38,175 nucleotides of DNA from Octopus sinensis. Lineage: Eukaryota. Position numbers and translations under genes: made by a program. The notes below the pieces were generated by a model. That model was not told the DNA's origin and did no database searches. It saw only the letters and a list, made by a program, of their open reading frames with translations. This document shows, one piece after another, positions 1 to 10,314 of the stretch. How positions within the stretch are numbered: position 1 is the first letter of the stretch; each line of letters opens with the position of its first letter. The DNA is taken from assembly GCF_006345805.1 (NCBI RefSeq), contig NW_021835832.1:1-38175 (forward strand), read 5' to 3'.

Positions 1-192
1 CAAAAGAATCCCGAGACTGGTTCTGGCAGGAGATCTTAGGGTGAACCAAGAACGTGATGGTTGGATAATATCCATCGTCTCAGTTCGTCGAGTTTGGGAA
101 TCCAACCGGAAAATGTAATAACGGTTGCTTGATAGGACCCTATGGAGGAGGTACCCGAGGACGCTACCTTCCCAGGTATAGGGGGCAAAGAA
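1..192 (+). mobile_element. 3' end of a decayed RTE-clade LINE (RT C-terminal region)
   Basis: With frameshifts and stops it reads KRIPRLVL / [18 protein letters not shown]...[12 protein letters not shown] / DRTLWRR. This matches the RTE C-terminal pattern RIPxxxL..P.G.R..G.PR..W.D.......A.DR..W. It is homologous to 28790-29055 and runs into a (GATG)n tract. Confidence 0.75.
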
Positions 193-379
193 GATGGATG
201 GATGGATGGATGGATGGATGGATGGATGGATGGATGGATGGATGGATGGATGGATGGATGGATGGATGGATGGATGGATGGATGGATGGATGGATGGATG
301 GATGGATGGATGGATGGATGGATGGATGGATGGATGGATGGATGGATGGATGGATGGATGGATGGATGGATGGATGGAT
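193..379. repeat. (GATG)n microsatellite
   Basis: Perfect tetranucleotide array; it explains the WMDG/SIHP ORFs. Confidence 0.99.
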
Positions 380-429
380 TTGTCTATTCACATGCTTGGC
401 TATAGTACTGGGAAAAAAGATCAAGGGTA

Positions 430-580
430 ATTATTTCCACTGTCTTTATGTTTTGAGTTCAACAACCGCCGGGGTCGACCTTACGTTTCATCCTTTCGGA
501 ATCGATAAAATAAATACCAGTTGAGCACTGGGGTGGATATAATCAACTTATCCCGTCCCCCGAAATTGGTAGCCTTATTC
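430..580 (+). mobile_element. SINE family E, partial
   Basis: GAGTTCAA...GGGGTCGACCTTACGTTTCATCCTTTCGGAATCGATAAAATAAATACCAGTTGAGCACTGGGG core, shared with the other E copies in the window. Confidence 0.75.
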
Positions 581-714
581 ATTTTGTTTATCATACACAT
601 GTAGTCAATATCATTATTTTATTTATTTAAAAAAATTGAGGCATGGCTTTGACATTTCAGGAGCATATTCAACTTATTTTGTGAGTGACCCTTAGCTGAT
701 ACTGCATATCTGTT

Positions 715-722
715 TATCTATC

Positions 723-786
<64 letters not shown>

Positions 787-795
787 CCTACCTAC

Positions 796-846
<51 letters not shown>
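715..846. repeat. (TCTA)n microsatellite with a short (CCTA) interruption
   Basis: Read directly from the sequence. Confidence 0.98.
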
Positions 847-854
847 CATTTATA

Positions 855-940
855 TAATACTTTATTTAAAAGCAGCGGAAATATAACAAAAGCTGTTACT
901 CAGAGTTTCACGTTCCCGTTCGTGAGACAGTTTTGCTAAA
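855..940 (-). mobile_element. Penelope-like element terminus with a degenerate minimal hammerhead ribozyme and AATAAA
   Basis: Minus strand 935..887 reads CAAAA-CTGT CTCACGA ACG-GGAA-CGT GAA ACTC-T-GAGT A ACAG-C-TTTTG. This gives stem I, a CUGAUGA-like core (G5>C), stem II with a GGAA tetraloop, GAAA, a palindromic stem III and a GUA site. AATAAA lies about 20 nt downstream (plus-strand TTTATT at 861-866). Confidence 0.7.
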
Positions 941-1345
941 ATAGAACGAAATAACGATATGATCAAAACTAGTTAAAGAATACACCTTTAAGAATGGATT
1001 TGTTTCACTGGTCCTTTCAAATAACGGTCTTAAGCATGCGATAAACAAAATAAACAAAATAAATGAATTCAATATAAATTCATCCTATTATAAAAAATCA
1101 AGGAAAACCTTAAATCGAAGAGCAGATTCAAAATAAATATTGTCAATAATAATATATAGAATATAATTCGATTCATACAATTAATACATTAAAAATTAAA
1201 ATATTTTACAACAGTATATACGCATACTAAACCATCAATATACATATATACATCAAAATACACAGATGGATATACACAGATCACATACATGTGCAGACAT
1301 ATATATGTAAGACGTAAATATACACACAAATACACATATACATAT

Positions 1346-1742
1346 TACTCTTTTATTCTTTTACTCTTTTACTTGTTTCAGTCATTTGACTGCGGCCATG
1401 CTGGAGCACCGCCTTTAATCGAGCAACTTGACCCCGGGACTTATTCTATCGGTCTCTTTTGCCGAACCGCTAAGTGACGGGGACGTAAACACACCAGCAT
1501 CGGTTGTCAAACAATGCTAGGGGGACAGACACAGACACACAAACATACACGCACACACACATATATATATACATATATACGACGGGCTTCTTTCAGTTTC
1601 CGTCTACCAAATCCACTCACAAGGCATTGGTCGGCCCGGGGCTATAGCAGAAGACACTTGCCCAAGGTGCCACGCAGTGGGACTGAACCCGGAACCATGT
1701 GGTTGGTTAGCAAGCTACTTACCACACAGCCACTCCTGCGCC
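1346..1742 (-). mobile_element. SINE family A, full length (tRNA-derived head, internal CA/TA microsatellite, (GAGTAAAA)n-like tail)
   Basis: Minus-strand head GGCGCAGGAGTGGCTGTGTGGTAAGT...GGTTCAGTCCC carries A-box and B-box-like motifs, followed by CORE-like GCACCTTGGGCAAGTG. Eleven related copies occur in the window. It is compatible with described octopus tRNA-derived SINEs, but I did not assign a family name. Confidence 0.9.
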
Positions 1743-2225
1743 TATGTATACATATGTACGCAATATTACCCGCATGCAAAAATCACTTGGTGTATATATT
1801 TAGACTAGAAGTAAAACGCAGAGAGGAGGAAGAAAAAGGAAAGCTAAGGTCCTTATAAGCAACAGTTAATATACAGACACATATTCGCATAAGGTTAAAG
1901 GAGATATATTAAGAATATGTGTGAGCTCTTCGTTTAAATACTCAAGTGGGAAGTCTTTTAACCAGTTTTACATGAAGTCGCTCACATTTCCAAGAGATAT
2001 TTCGAGTTATAGAATTAACTTCCGCTCTTACTCCGTTCATGGTGTCTGCTGATACTAAAATCACAGATCATCCATCCTTAATCCCCCTTGGCTTAGGAAT
2101 ATAAACAATAGCCCACCTCCTCCTCTTCCACGTTTATTGCAACATATGTTGACTTGAAATACATTGGATATGGAGTCTAATGGGGATAAAGAAATGGAGT
2201 TATTGTCTGAGTGTTTTGTACGAAT

Positions 2226-2226
<1 letters not shown>

Positions 2227-2257
<31 letters not shown>

Positions 2258-3457
2258 TGTGTGTTGTGTGTGTGGTGCGTGTGTGTGTGCGTGCATGGTG
2301 TGTGTGCGTGTGGGTGCTGGGTGTGTGTGGTGTGTGTTGTGTGTGTGTGTTGTGTTTGTGTGTGTGTGGTGTGTGTGTTTGTGTTTGTGTATGTGTGTTT
2401 TTGTGTGCGTGTGTGTGTGTGTGTGCGTGCGTGTGCGTAAGAGTGTGTTGTGAGAAAGTCTGACACGGAACCTGATGGAGAAAGAGAAACAAGAGACACA
2501 GAGGGAAAATGGAGAAAGGCAAAAATGGAGAAAAGAGAAGATAGGAAAACGGTAGATCGATAAAGAGAAAAACAGAGAGAAAGAGAAAGAGAGAGAGAGA
2601 GGGGTAGGGTGGAGGAGAGGATGAAAAGAGTGAGATTACGTATGTGTAAGAAATAAAGAGGATGAATGACACACACATACATAGACATAAATACATACAT
2701 ATATGTGTACAGATATTTAAATTCTACACACACATATGTACATATATGTATGTGCGTGTGCATACATACACACACACACACACACACACACATACATACA
2801 CACACACATATATATATATATATACACAAATATATATGTATATATATATATATATAAATACATACATATATGTATGCATATGTATTTATATATATGTATA
2901 TATGCAAATATGTATATATGCAAATATATATATGCATATGTATATATATATGCATATGTATATATATATGTGTGTATGTATAAATATATAAATGTATGTA
3001 TGCTTATATATACATATATATATATATATGTATATGTATATATATCTGTATGTATGTATGTATGTATATATATATGTATACATATTCATATGAGTATACA
3101 CATATACAACATACACACACAAACACATATAGATAGATAAGAAGACAGATAAGGAGAGAGAGAGAGAGAGAGAGAGTAAATAGAGGGTGAAAACGACAGA
3201 GAGTGAGAGAGGGTGGGGAAAGGGTGAGAGAAAGAGAATTTTTTATCGATGAGAAATAAGTCGAGAAGACATCAGCAAATATATGAGAGAAAAAAATCAA
3301 TAAAAAAAAAAATAAAATGCAAACATACTTAAAAAAACACATGACTGAATATATAACAAAACACACAAAAGAAATGTATAAATCAAATACAAAAACCAAA
3401 TTGCAAAATCCACGCACGTACAGTGTGTATACATGTGTGCATGGGTATATACTATAC

Positions 3458-3497
<40 letters not shown>

Positions 3498-3841
3498 TAT
3501 TTAATACTTTATATAATATATTATATATATAAAAAATACATATATATATATCTACAAATCTATATACATATATATATATGTATGTATATATATATATACA
3601 TTATATATATTGATGTATTATATATATATACATATATATATATATAATATATATACATGTATTATATATATATATATATATACAAATATATATACATATA
3701 TATATATTTATGTATATATATGTATATATATAATATTTTATATATTTTACTATAAATCGATTTATCCTAAATGGATTTTTATATTAAATATATATATATT
3801 CCCTATATTATTATATATTATATATATATATATATATATCT

Positions 3842-3874
<33 letters not shown>

Positions 3875-3875
3875 C
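2227..3875. repeat. Compound degenerate microsatellite field: (GT)n, GA-rich, (CA/TA)n, (TA)n
   Basis: Read directly; it accounts for all C/V/Y/I/H/T-rich ORFs in this span. Confidence 0.95.
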
Positions 3876-4220
3876 GTTGAAAGTAAGCATAAAAATATAT
3901 TTAAATGGAGGCAGGTAAATATTTAAGGCGACAGAGAAACAGATAAACAAACTGTGACGTAATGGCGATATCATGTTTGCTGTTAGCGTTGGAATCATTT
4001 GGGAGAAGCGAAACTCTTGGAAGTTTCTCTTTGATATCCAAGATCAGAAATAAATTTTGGCAACAGATTGCGATTGTGGATTCTGTAATTGAGCAAAGAA
4101 ATGAGGTCTGACCTCGTTCGGTTACACCTAGTTAAAATAGCATTGTTCATATATTTCCAACCGCAGTTCAAAACTTAACTGGGTATTTATTGTGATAAAT
4201 GACACACTTGTACACATACT

Positions 4221-4425
4221 GGTTTTAAGTTTGAGCACAAGGCCAGCAATTTCGGGGTAGGTACTAAGCCGATTACATAAACCTCGGAGCTCAATTGGTA
4301 TTTAATTTATTAACGCAGAGAGGAAAAGCCGACCACAGCGGAAATTGAACTCAGAACGTAAAAATGGATAAAATGCCGCTGAACATTTTACCGGCGTGTC
4401 ATCGATTCTGCAAGCTCGCCGCCTT
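4221..4425 (-). mobile_element. SINE family E
   Basis: Head GGCGGCGAGCTTGCAGAATCG and B-box-like TTCTGAGTTCAATTTCCGC on the minus strand; tail GGCCTTGTGCTCAAACTTAAAACC. Confidence 0.8.
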
Positions 4426-4474
4426 AACACACTCGCATATTAATAATCCTTTAACAGTATGAAGGTTATGAAAG

Positions 4475-4600
4475 TACGTAACCTAATGATCAGGATGTTA
4501 CACTCAAGGTCGTGGTTTCAATTTCCGGACCGGGCGGTGGGTTGTGTTTTTAAGTGAATGACTTCATTTCTTATTGCTCTGCATTCACTTCGACATTTGA
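4475..4600 (+). mobile_element. SINE family B-like head, diverged fragment
   Basis: AAGGTCGTGGTTTCAATTTCCGGACCGGGCG resembles the B/C head with its B box. Confidence 0.45.
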
Positions 4601-4997
4601 CGTGTGACGCATCATGCACATGTACAGACCACTTTACTATATATATATACATACAAACGTAATTAAATTAATCAGAGCATTTGCTCTTTAATTTTTATTT
4701 ACATTACAAATGCCTGAAATTTCTTCTCGATCGAATTCGAGAAACTTTTTCATGAAATATTCATATGGGAGTAAATTAATTCACCTGCACTGTGTACAGA
4801 GTACAATTTATTGAGATGTCGTCTGCTTTTGGGGCAGACGATAGTGGCAGACGTAAGGCATTGTGTTTCAAATAGATTTTAACATATTCATTGAAAAGAA
4901 TGAAACAAATGAACTAGTCTCATTATTGTTGGTATCTTTTATGTTTTATCTTCTTTCTTTTACGTGTTACACTCCTTTGACTGCGGTCATGTCTTAA

Positions 4998-5214
4998 CCC
5001 TTTAGTGATCTGATTATTCTATCAAACATAATGCTTATTGATTCACATTGATTTGAATTAATCATGCATTATCTCATATCTTCAAGATCTTGATGGTGTA
5101 ATTACTTAATGTAGAATAACATTGTAGGGTAGGTGTGAGAGCCTGGACCTGGTCAGTTTGAACATAAAACATTAAATACTTTGGCCGGATATGGCCGGTT
5201 TAAATACTAAAGGG
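4998..5214. mobile_element. 217-bp piggyBac-like MITE
   Basis: TTAA on both sides (4994-4997, 5215-5218) and terminal inverted repeats CCCTTTAGT / ACTAAAGGG. A TTAA target with CCC...GGG termini is the piggyBac signature. Confidence 0.85.
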
Positions 5215-5350
5215 TTAAAGAGTTTAGTTGAACAAATCGATCTCGGTACTTATTTATTAAGTCTGGTACTTATTCTGTTTTACTGAAACGCCAAATAACA
5301 GGATGGTAAACTAACCCATACCGGATGTCAAGCGGTGGTAGGGAGACAAA

Positions 5351-5405
<55 letters not shown>

Positions 5406-5475
5406 CGCACGCACACACAAAACTTTCCGTCTACCAATTCACTCGTAAAGCGCTGGTCGTCCTGACTGGGGCTAT

Positions 5476-5782
5476 TTTATTTATATATGCGCCCTTTTCA
5501 AGCCTAGCCAGGCTCATGGGCCCGGTTTCTATGGCGTATGTGTTCCCCCCAGCTGGACGGGACGCCAGACTATCGCAGCGTTACTCAAGAAACAGAAAGA
5601 AAGAGTGAGAGAAAGTTGTGGCGAAAGAGTACAACAGAGGTCGCCACCACCCTCTGCCGGAGCCTCGTGGAACTTTAAGTGTTTTCGCTCAATAAACACA
5701 CACAACGCCCAGTCTGGGAATCGAAACCGCGATCCTCCGACAGCGAGTCCGCTGCCCTAACCACTGGGCCATTGCACCTCCT
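5476..5782 (-). mobile_element. SINE family C with near-perfect target-site duplication
   Basis: tRNA-like head GGAGGTGCAATGGCCCAGTGG...GGTTTCGATTCCC. The 3' module GCGATAGTCTGGCGTCCCGTCCAGCTGG resembles the V-SINE-type domain. Flanked by ACTGGGGCTAT (5465-5475) and ACTGGGCTAT (5783-5792). Confidence 0.88.
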
Positions 5783-6179
5783 ACTGGGCTATAGTAGAAG
5801 TAATTTATCCAAGGTTCCACACAGTGGGACTGAACCTGAAATCCCGTGGCTGGAAAGTAAGCTTTTTAACCAGACAGCCACGTCTCTGCCTATGCGGGTT
5901 GTATACGTTTGGTTTATTCATGGATTTGAAATTCCGGAATGGCATGAATGCGTGATGTGGAATGTATAGGTAAGTGTATAGTATGGTGTATAATAAGTTA
6001 CGAAGTTACAACGTGTGAGGGTACACGCATGTGAGCTTGTGTTTGTTGTAACATCTACGTAGGGATACCGAAACCAACACACACGCACATATACACATAC
6101 GTATGCATATAGATGTATGTATTTGTAACTGTGTGTGCGTGTACGTATATATGTGTGTGCTTGTGCATATATATTATAT

Positions 6180-6182
6180 GTA

Positions 6183-6244
<62 letters not shown>

Positions 6245-6275
6245 GCATACATACATACATACATACATACATACA

Positions 6276-6305
<30 letters not shown>
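6180..6305. repeat. (TCTA)n-(TA)n-(TACA)n compound microsatellite
   Basis: Read directly from the sequence. Confidence 0.97.
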
Positions 6306-6306
<1 letters not shown>

Positions 6307-6318
6307 TCATATGTGTGC

Positions 6319-6494
6319 AAGGCGGCAAGATGGCCGAATCGTTGCCGCGCCGAACCGAATGCTTCGCGGTATTTCGTCCAACTTTATATTCTGAATTTAG
6401 ATTCCTCCGAGATCGACTTTCTTTTTCGTCCTGCCGAGGTAATCGAATAGCCCCCACTCCAGAAATGTTTGGCCTAATGTCAAAATTTGAAACC
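6319..6494 (+). mobile_element. SINE family E with an internal deletion
   Basis: Head AAGGCGGCAAGATGGCCGAATCGTT and tail GGCCTAATGTCAAAATTTGAAACC. Confidence 0.75.
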
Positions 6495-6524
6495 AATACG
6501 TATATGCGTGTACGCATATGCGTA

Positions 6525-6605
6525 GTCTCCGATGAAGCTCTAAAGTGTTACTCAGACACTCAACTACGACTCCAGTGTATCTTATTGCTGAAACAGCTCT
6601 AAGCC
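6525..6605 (+). ncRNA. Degenerate Penelope-type hammerhead ribozyme motif
   Basis: GTCT CCGATGA AGC(~48 nt including an AGTGT/ACACT hairpin)GCT GAAAC AGCT CT A AGCC. The core, stem II closure and palindromic AGCT stem III loop are in the right order. Stems I and III each have one mismatch. Confidence 0.45.
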
Positions 6606-6643
6606 AATGAAGTTCCTAAGTCAATTGTTTATTACTTCATCTC

Positions 6644-6680
<37 letters not shown>

Positions 6681-7236
6681 CAGTTGAAACACTCCTGTCA
6701 CATCCTGAGACCTTGAAGACTGCGATAATGCAAGAAAGTATGCTAGTCCTTTGATATTTTATATTCAATATTTAATTTATCCAATAAGACAATCAATACT
6801 TCATTTCATTTTACTATATATATATATTATTTATACTATTTATTCTATATTCTACATTAATATTATAAAGAATATAAGTAAAACATAAAAAACAGAGTTG
6901 GAATTTCTTCGAATAATATATATATATATAGTTAATCCAAACGCAAATGTTTGTTAATGATGCGTAATAATCATAAATTATTCTACGTGAGTCTCGAAAT
7001 AACTATGAATGCCACAAATACACATGTGCACGCAGACACGTAAACGCACTTCTCATCACCATAGAAATGGAACACTTTTAATGTGGCATGGTGTCATTAT
7101 CATATTATATATTTATGTAGTGAATGATTTATGTGGTATTTATATTGAGTGCCTGGTACGTTGTATAAGTTATGTATGTCATATTGAATGATAAGAAATT
7201 TTAACAGAAATTGTATCTCACTCGACTAAATACTTT

Positions 7237-7544
7237 GTTTGTTTGTTCCTTCTCGAGCCATGCCTGGCTCATTAGGGCTGGTTTCCCGGTTTCCTTGGCG
7301 TATAGGTTCCCCACCTGGACGGGACGCCGGTCTGTCGTAGGTGAGCTGCAAGATGCAGGAGGAAAGAGTGAGAGAGAAAGTTGTTGCGAAAGAGTCAGCA
7401 GAAGTTCGCCAATACCTTCTGCCGGAGCCGCCTGGAGCTTAGGTGTTTCGTTCATAAACACATACATCGCCCGGACTGTGATTCGAACTCGCGATCTCTC
7501 GAACGCGAGTCCGTTGCTCTAACCGCTAGGCCATGTGCCTCCAC
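7237..7544 (-). mobile_element. SINE family C with a perfect 12-bp TSD
   Basis: ACTAAATACTTT at 7225-7236 and 7545-7556; A box TGGCCTAGCGG and B box GAGTTCGAATC on the minus strand. Confidence 0.92.
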
Positions 7545-7589
7545 ACTAAATACTTTAGAGTTTTAACATTCGTTCTTCACAGCATAACT

Positions 7590-8445
7590 GAACTATCTGT
7601 GATTGGGGAAAGCGAGACACCCAACGCGACATGGATCCAGCTCGGCCTGCACCCTGCTGAGGTCCAAGCCCCTCTCCTCTCTGTGAACGTCCGTTTCACT
7701 CAAAAGAAATTGGACGCCGTCTGATCTAGTATGATCGCGGACAAACTAGTGCACCGACTTGACCAGCACCGCCTGGCATGTGTCCGTTCAGCCTCCGCGC
7801 TTGGCTCCATGCGGTGCCATCATTCGCAACTGCCACTCAGCTTGATAGCAACTGTCTGCGCATCGATGTTTCCTTGAAGCTTGGCTTCCAGATCTGTGAG
7901 CCTCACAAACGCCTCTGTAAATCCACCTTGGATTCTTTTGGCATCCACCCATTGTCATGCCTTCATAGTGCTGGCCGCCTTCTATGCCATACTGCCCTTA
8001 ACGAAATCATAAAGCAAGGCTTGGAAACTGCAGGCTTCTCTTCCAAGCTTGAGTCAGCAGGGCTACACCGAAACGGTAAAAGGCCGAACGGTGTGACAAT
8101 TTACCGGTTCCGTGGAAGTAGGATCCTCAGCTGGGATACTACATGCTGTGACACCTTGTCCAGTAGAAACTTTGTGTGTTCAGCTACCAACCCAGGCTCC
8201 ATGCTCCTCAGACTGAGAAAAAAGAAAAATCAAGGTCTGGACCACTTTCCGGCAGATTTATGGTCGAGCCTGTGGTATTGGAGGCCTCCGGCGTTCTTCG
8301 CCCCTGGACCATACTCTTGCTCACCGTTATCAGGGCGGAAATGGCTATTCGCGAGTCCTGTGAGTCAGAGTGACTATTCTAGCGCATCTCCCTCGCCATC
8401 CTCTGGAGTAGTGCCTTTTCCATTTTGTCTGATGGGGCCATGGGA
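7590..8445 (+). mobile_element. 3' part of a dead CRE-clade non-LTR retrotransposon (CCHC finger plus restriction-like endonuclease)
   Basis: ORF 7778..8470 contains WLHAVPS..TQLD...LRIDVSLKLG, then C..LDSFGIHPLSC..SAGRLLCH (CCHC), then LNEIIKQGLETAG..LE.AGLHRNGKRPNG..LSWDTTCCDTL. After a frameshift it continues TEKKEK..VEPVVLEASG..RES..*LF*RISLAI. These are the motifs of CRE-clade RLE domains. The catalytic RPDG reads RPNG here. Confidence 0.88.
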
Positions 8446-8499
8446 AATGTTTTTTAATAAAGCTATATAAACAATAGAGAAAATAGAACGTAACTGGCA

Positions 8500-8750
8500 T
8501 GGCGTCACTCGCCAATGCACTTCAAATTCTAGCTCTTAGACATCCTGTCTCCCTCATTGTAGCTCTTCTATCCTTCTCGGGATTGGCTCATAGTATGCCA
8601 CCACTATTTAGCCTCATCCGACTGACTTGGATGTCCTTCACACACTAACTACCTCACATCCGCGATCACTGTCCCGGTACTAAGAAACTGCCTCACTTTT
8701 CTCTCCCGAGTACACATAGTCTCTCTGGAATTAATCCGCTGTCCAGGTTT
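8500..8750 (+). mobile_element. Possible highly decayed L2-group (Crack/Daphne-like) LINE 3' coding end
   Basis: Fragments across frames (LALRH.VSL, CSS, LAHSMPPL, SHPRSL, SLWN) appear in the order expected for that C-terminus, but with many frameshifts. Confidence 0.3.
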
Positions 8751-9244
8751 ATTTTCTATCCAGTTACTGCATACAGAAGATCGTTAACCAGACCAGGAGG
8801 AAAGCGAAATGACAGCAGGATCTTAAGAAGGACATATTTAAAACAATAACCCGAGGAAGCGTATCTTGCACCTTGAATGGGTGATAATGTAAACAAGCCT
8901 AATCCCGGCTATATAAGCAACCTGATATATGTATTAGCATGTATATGCAATTAGTTAAAATAATGGAATTATGTTTATCTGACGAACGTAAAATCATTGA
9001 AACGAATGGACAATTAAGGGATTTTAATTATCAATAATTCGTTTTCTGACATTGTTTCAATTTTATTTTTATTTTCTTACGATGTCGCCGAACCCTAAAT
9101 ATAAGCAACATTATACTTGGTTGATTGTGTCATATCAGAAGATAGGAGTTTAATGTGACATAAATACGATGGACCGTATTTATAATAATGTGGTACAAAT
9201 ACGAGTGGTAACATACTGTATTTAAATCACATCATAAATTGTTA

Positions 9245-9321
9245 TCTTTATACATACATACATACATACATACATACCACACACACACATACATACATAC
9301 ATACATACATACATACATACA

Positions 9322-9352
<31 letters not shown>

Positions 9353-9569
9353 GTACTTATGGATAGAGATAGGGAGAGAAAAGAGAAGATACACGCATAT
9401 TATAAAAATCCCTTTCAAAATTAGTTCAATTTATCGAGGGTATAGAGAAGGAGTATTAAAAGGACACACATACACACACATTGAACGACATCTAAGTAGT
9501 TTCATTACCGTTTACATTTCCAGAATATTATATGTATTATGAAGCTGAATTTAAAACACGTGATTATTA

Positions 9570-9628
<59 letters not shown>

Positions 9629-9630
9629 TA

Positions 9631-9667
<37 letters not shown>
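9245..9667. repeat. (TACA)n at 9245-9352 and (ATT)n at 9563-9667
   Basis: Read directly from the sequence. Confidence 0.97.
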
Positions 9668-9668
<1 letters not shown>

Positions 9669-9796
9669 GGCGCAGGAGTGGCTGTGCGGTAAATAGCTTC
9701 CTTACCAACCACATGGTTCCGGGTTCAGTCCCACTGCGTTGCACCTTGGGCAAGTGTCTTCTACTATAGCCTCGGGCCGAGCAAAGACTTGTGAGT
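9669..9796 (+). mobile_element. SINE family A, 5' part only
   Basis: Runs from GGCGCAGGAGTGGCTGTGCGG to TTGTGAGT, then breaks into element D. Confidence 0.88.
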
Positions 9797-10092
9797 ATGT
9801 CCCTTAGTGGCTGATGATATGTGCATCTCTGATCACAAGCAGAAGTAGCTGGGGAGCATCACAGCCATGTGTTGAGAGGAATTCTTTGGGGTTTGGATAA
9901 TTCACCTTTGGAAACTTGGGTGTTTTGTTCATCGTCCTTAAACAACCCTTATTTAGGAACCTTTTGAGCGAGATGGGCTACTCGACCTGAAGAAAATTCT
10001 GATTGGATCCCAATTTCAAGATCATGCACTGTTTATCTTGATGTGAAATGTCACGCACATACGGTTGTGATTCAGGTGCATCACAACCATAT
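9797..10092. mobile_element. Element D, truncated copy
   Basis: Collinear with 30551-30830 (ATGTCCCTTAGTGGCTGA...GAGAGGAATTCTTTGGGGTTTG...CCTGAAGAAAATT...). Confidence 0.85.
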
Positions 10093-10100
10093 TAGAATCC

Positions 10101-10314
10101 AGCTGGTAGAATTATTACTGCAACGGAGGAATGCTTGACAGCTTTTCTTTTGCCTTTACGTTCTGAATACAAATTCCGCCAAGATCGACTTCGACTTCCA
10201 TCTTTTAGGGGTCGTTAAAACATGCACCAGTTTGGCCCTGGGGTCGATGTACTAAACTAAGCCTACCCACTCTCCCAATATTTCATACTGTATGCCTATA
10301 GTAGAAAGAATCAT
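10101..10314 (+). mobile_element. SINE family E (TATAGTAGAAAG-type tail)
   Basis: AAATTCCGCCAAGATCGAC...GGGGTCGATGT...GCCTATAGTAGAAAGAATCATT. Confidence 0.75.

Larger units (their letters stand above)
4962..5890 (-). mobile_element. Old SINE family A copy interrupted by a MITE (4998-5214) and a family C SINE (5476-5782)
   Basis: Family A segments TTTGACTGCGGTCATG, AAATCGATCTCGGTACTTA, TTTCCGTCTACCAA and CACAGTGGGACTGAACC remain collinear once the two inserts are removed. Confidence 0.8.

Noticed and set aside
1514-1858. Recurring peptide ASFSFRLPNPLTRHWSARGYSRRHLPKVPRSGTEPGTMWLVSKLLTTQP in many ORFs
   Set aside because: It is the antisense translation of the family A SINE; the recurrence reflects copy number, not a gene family.
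6705-6755. GACCTTGAAGACTGCGATAATGCAAGAAAGTATGCTAGTC as a third hammerhead
   Set aside because: It needs an extra base in the core and has a mismatched stem II and only a 3-bp stem I.
4800-7155. Plus-strand exon pair 4800-4852 and 7121-7155 joining as VQFIEMSSAFGADDSGRLNDLCGIYIECL
   Set aside because: The acceptors are weak and the peptide is unrecognised. It mainly shows how easily short AG...GT units chain by chance, which is why all exon calls here are low confidence.
8965-9015. CTGACGA...GAAAC hammerhead-like spacing
   Set aside because: Stems I, II and III do not pair.
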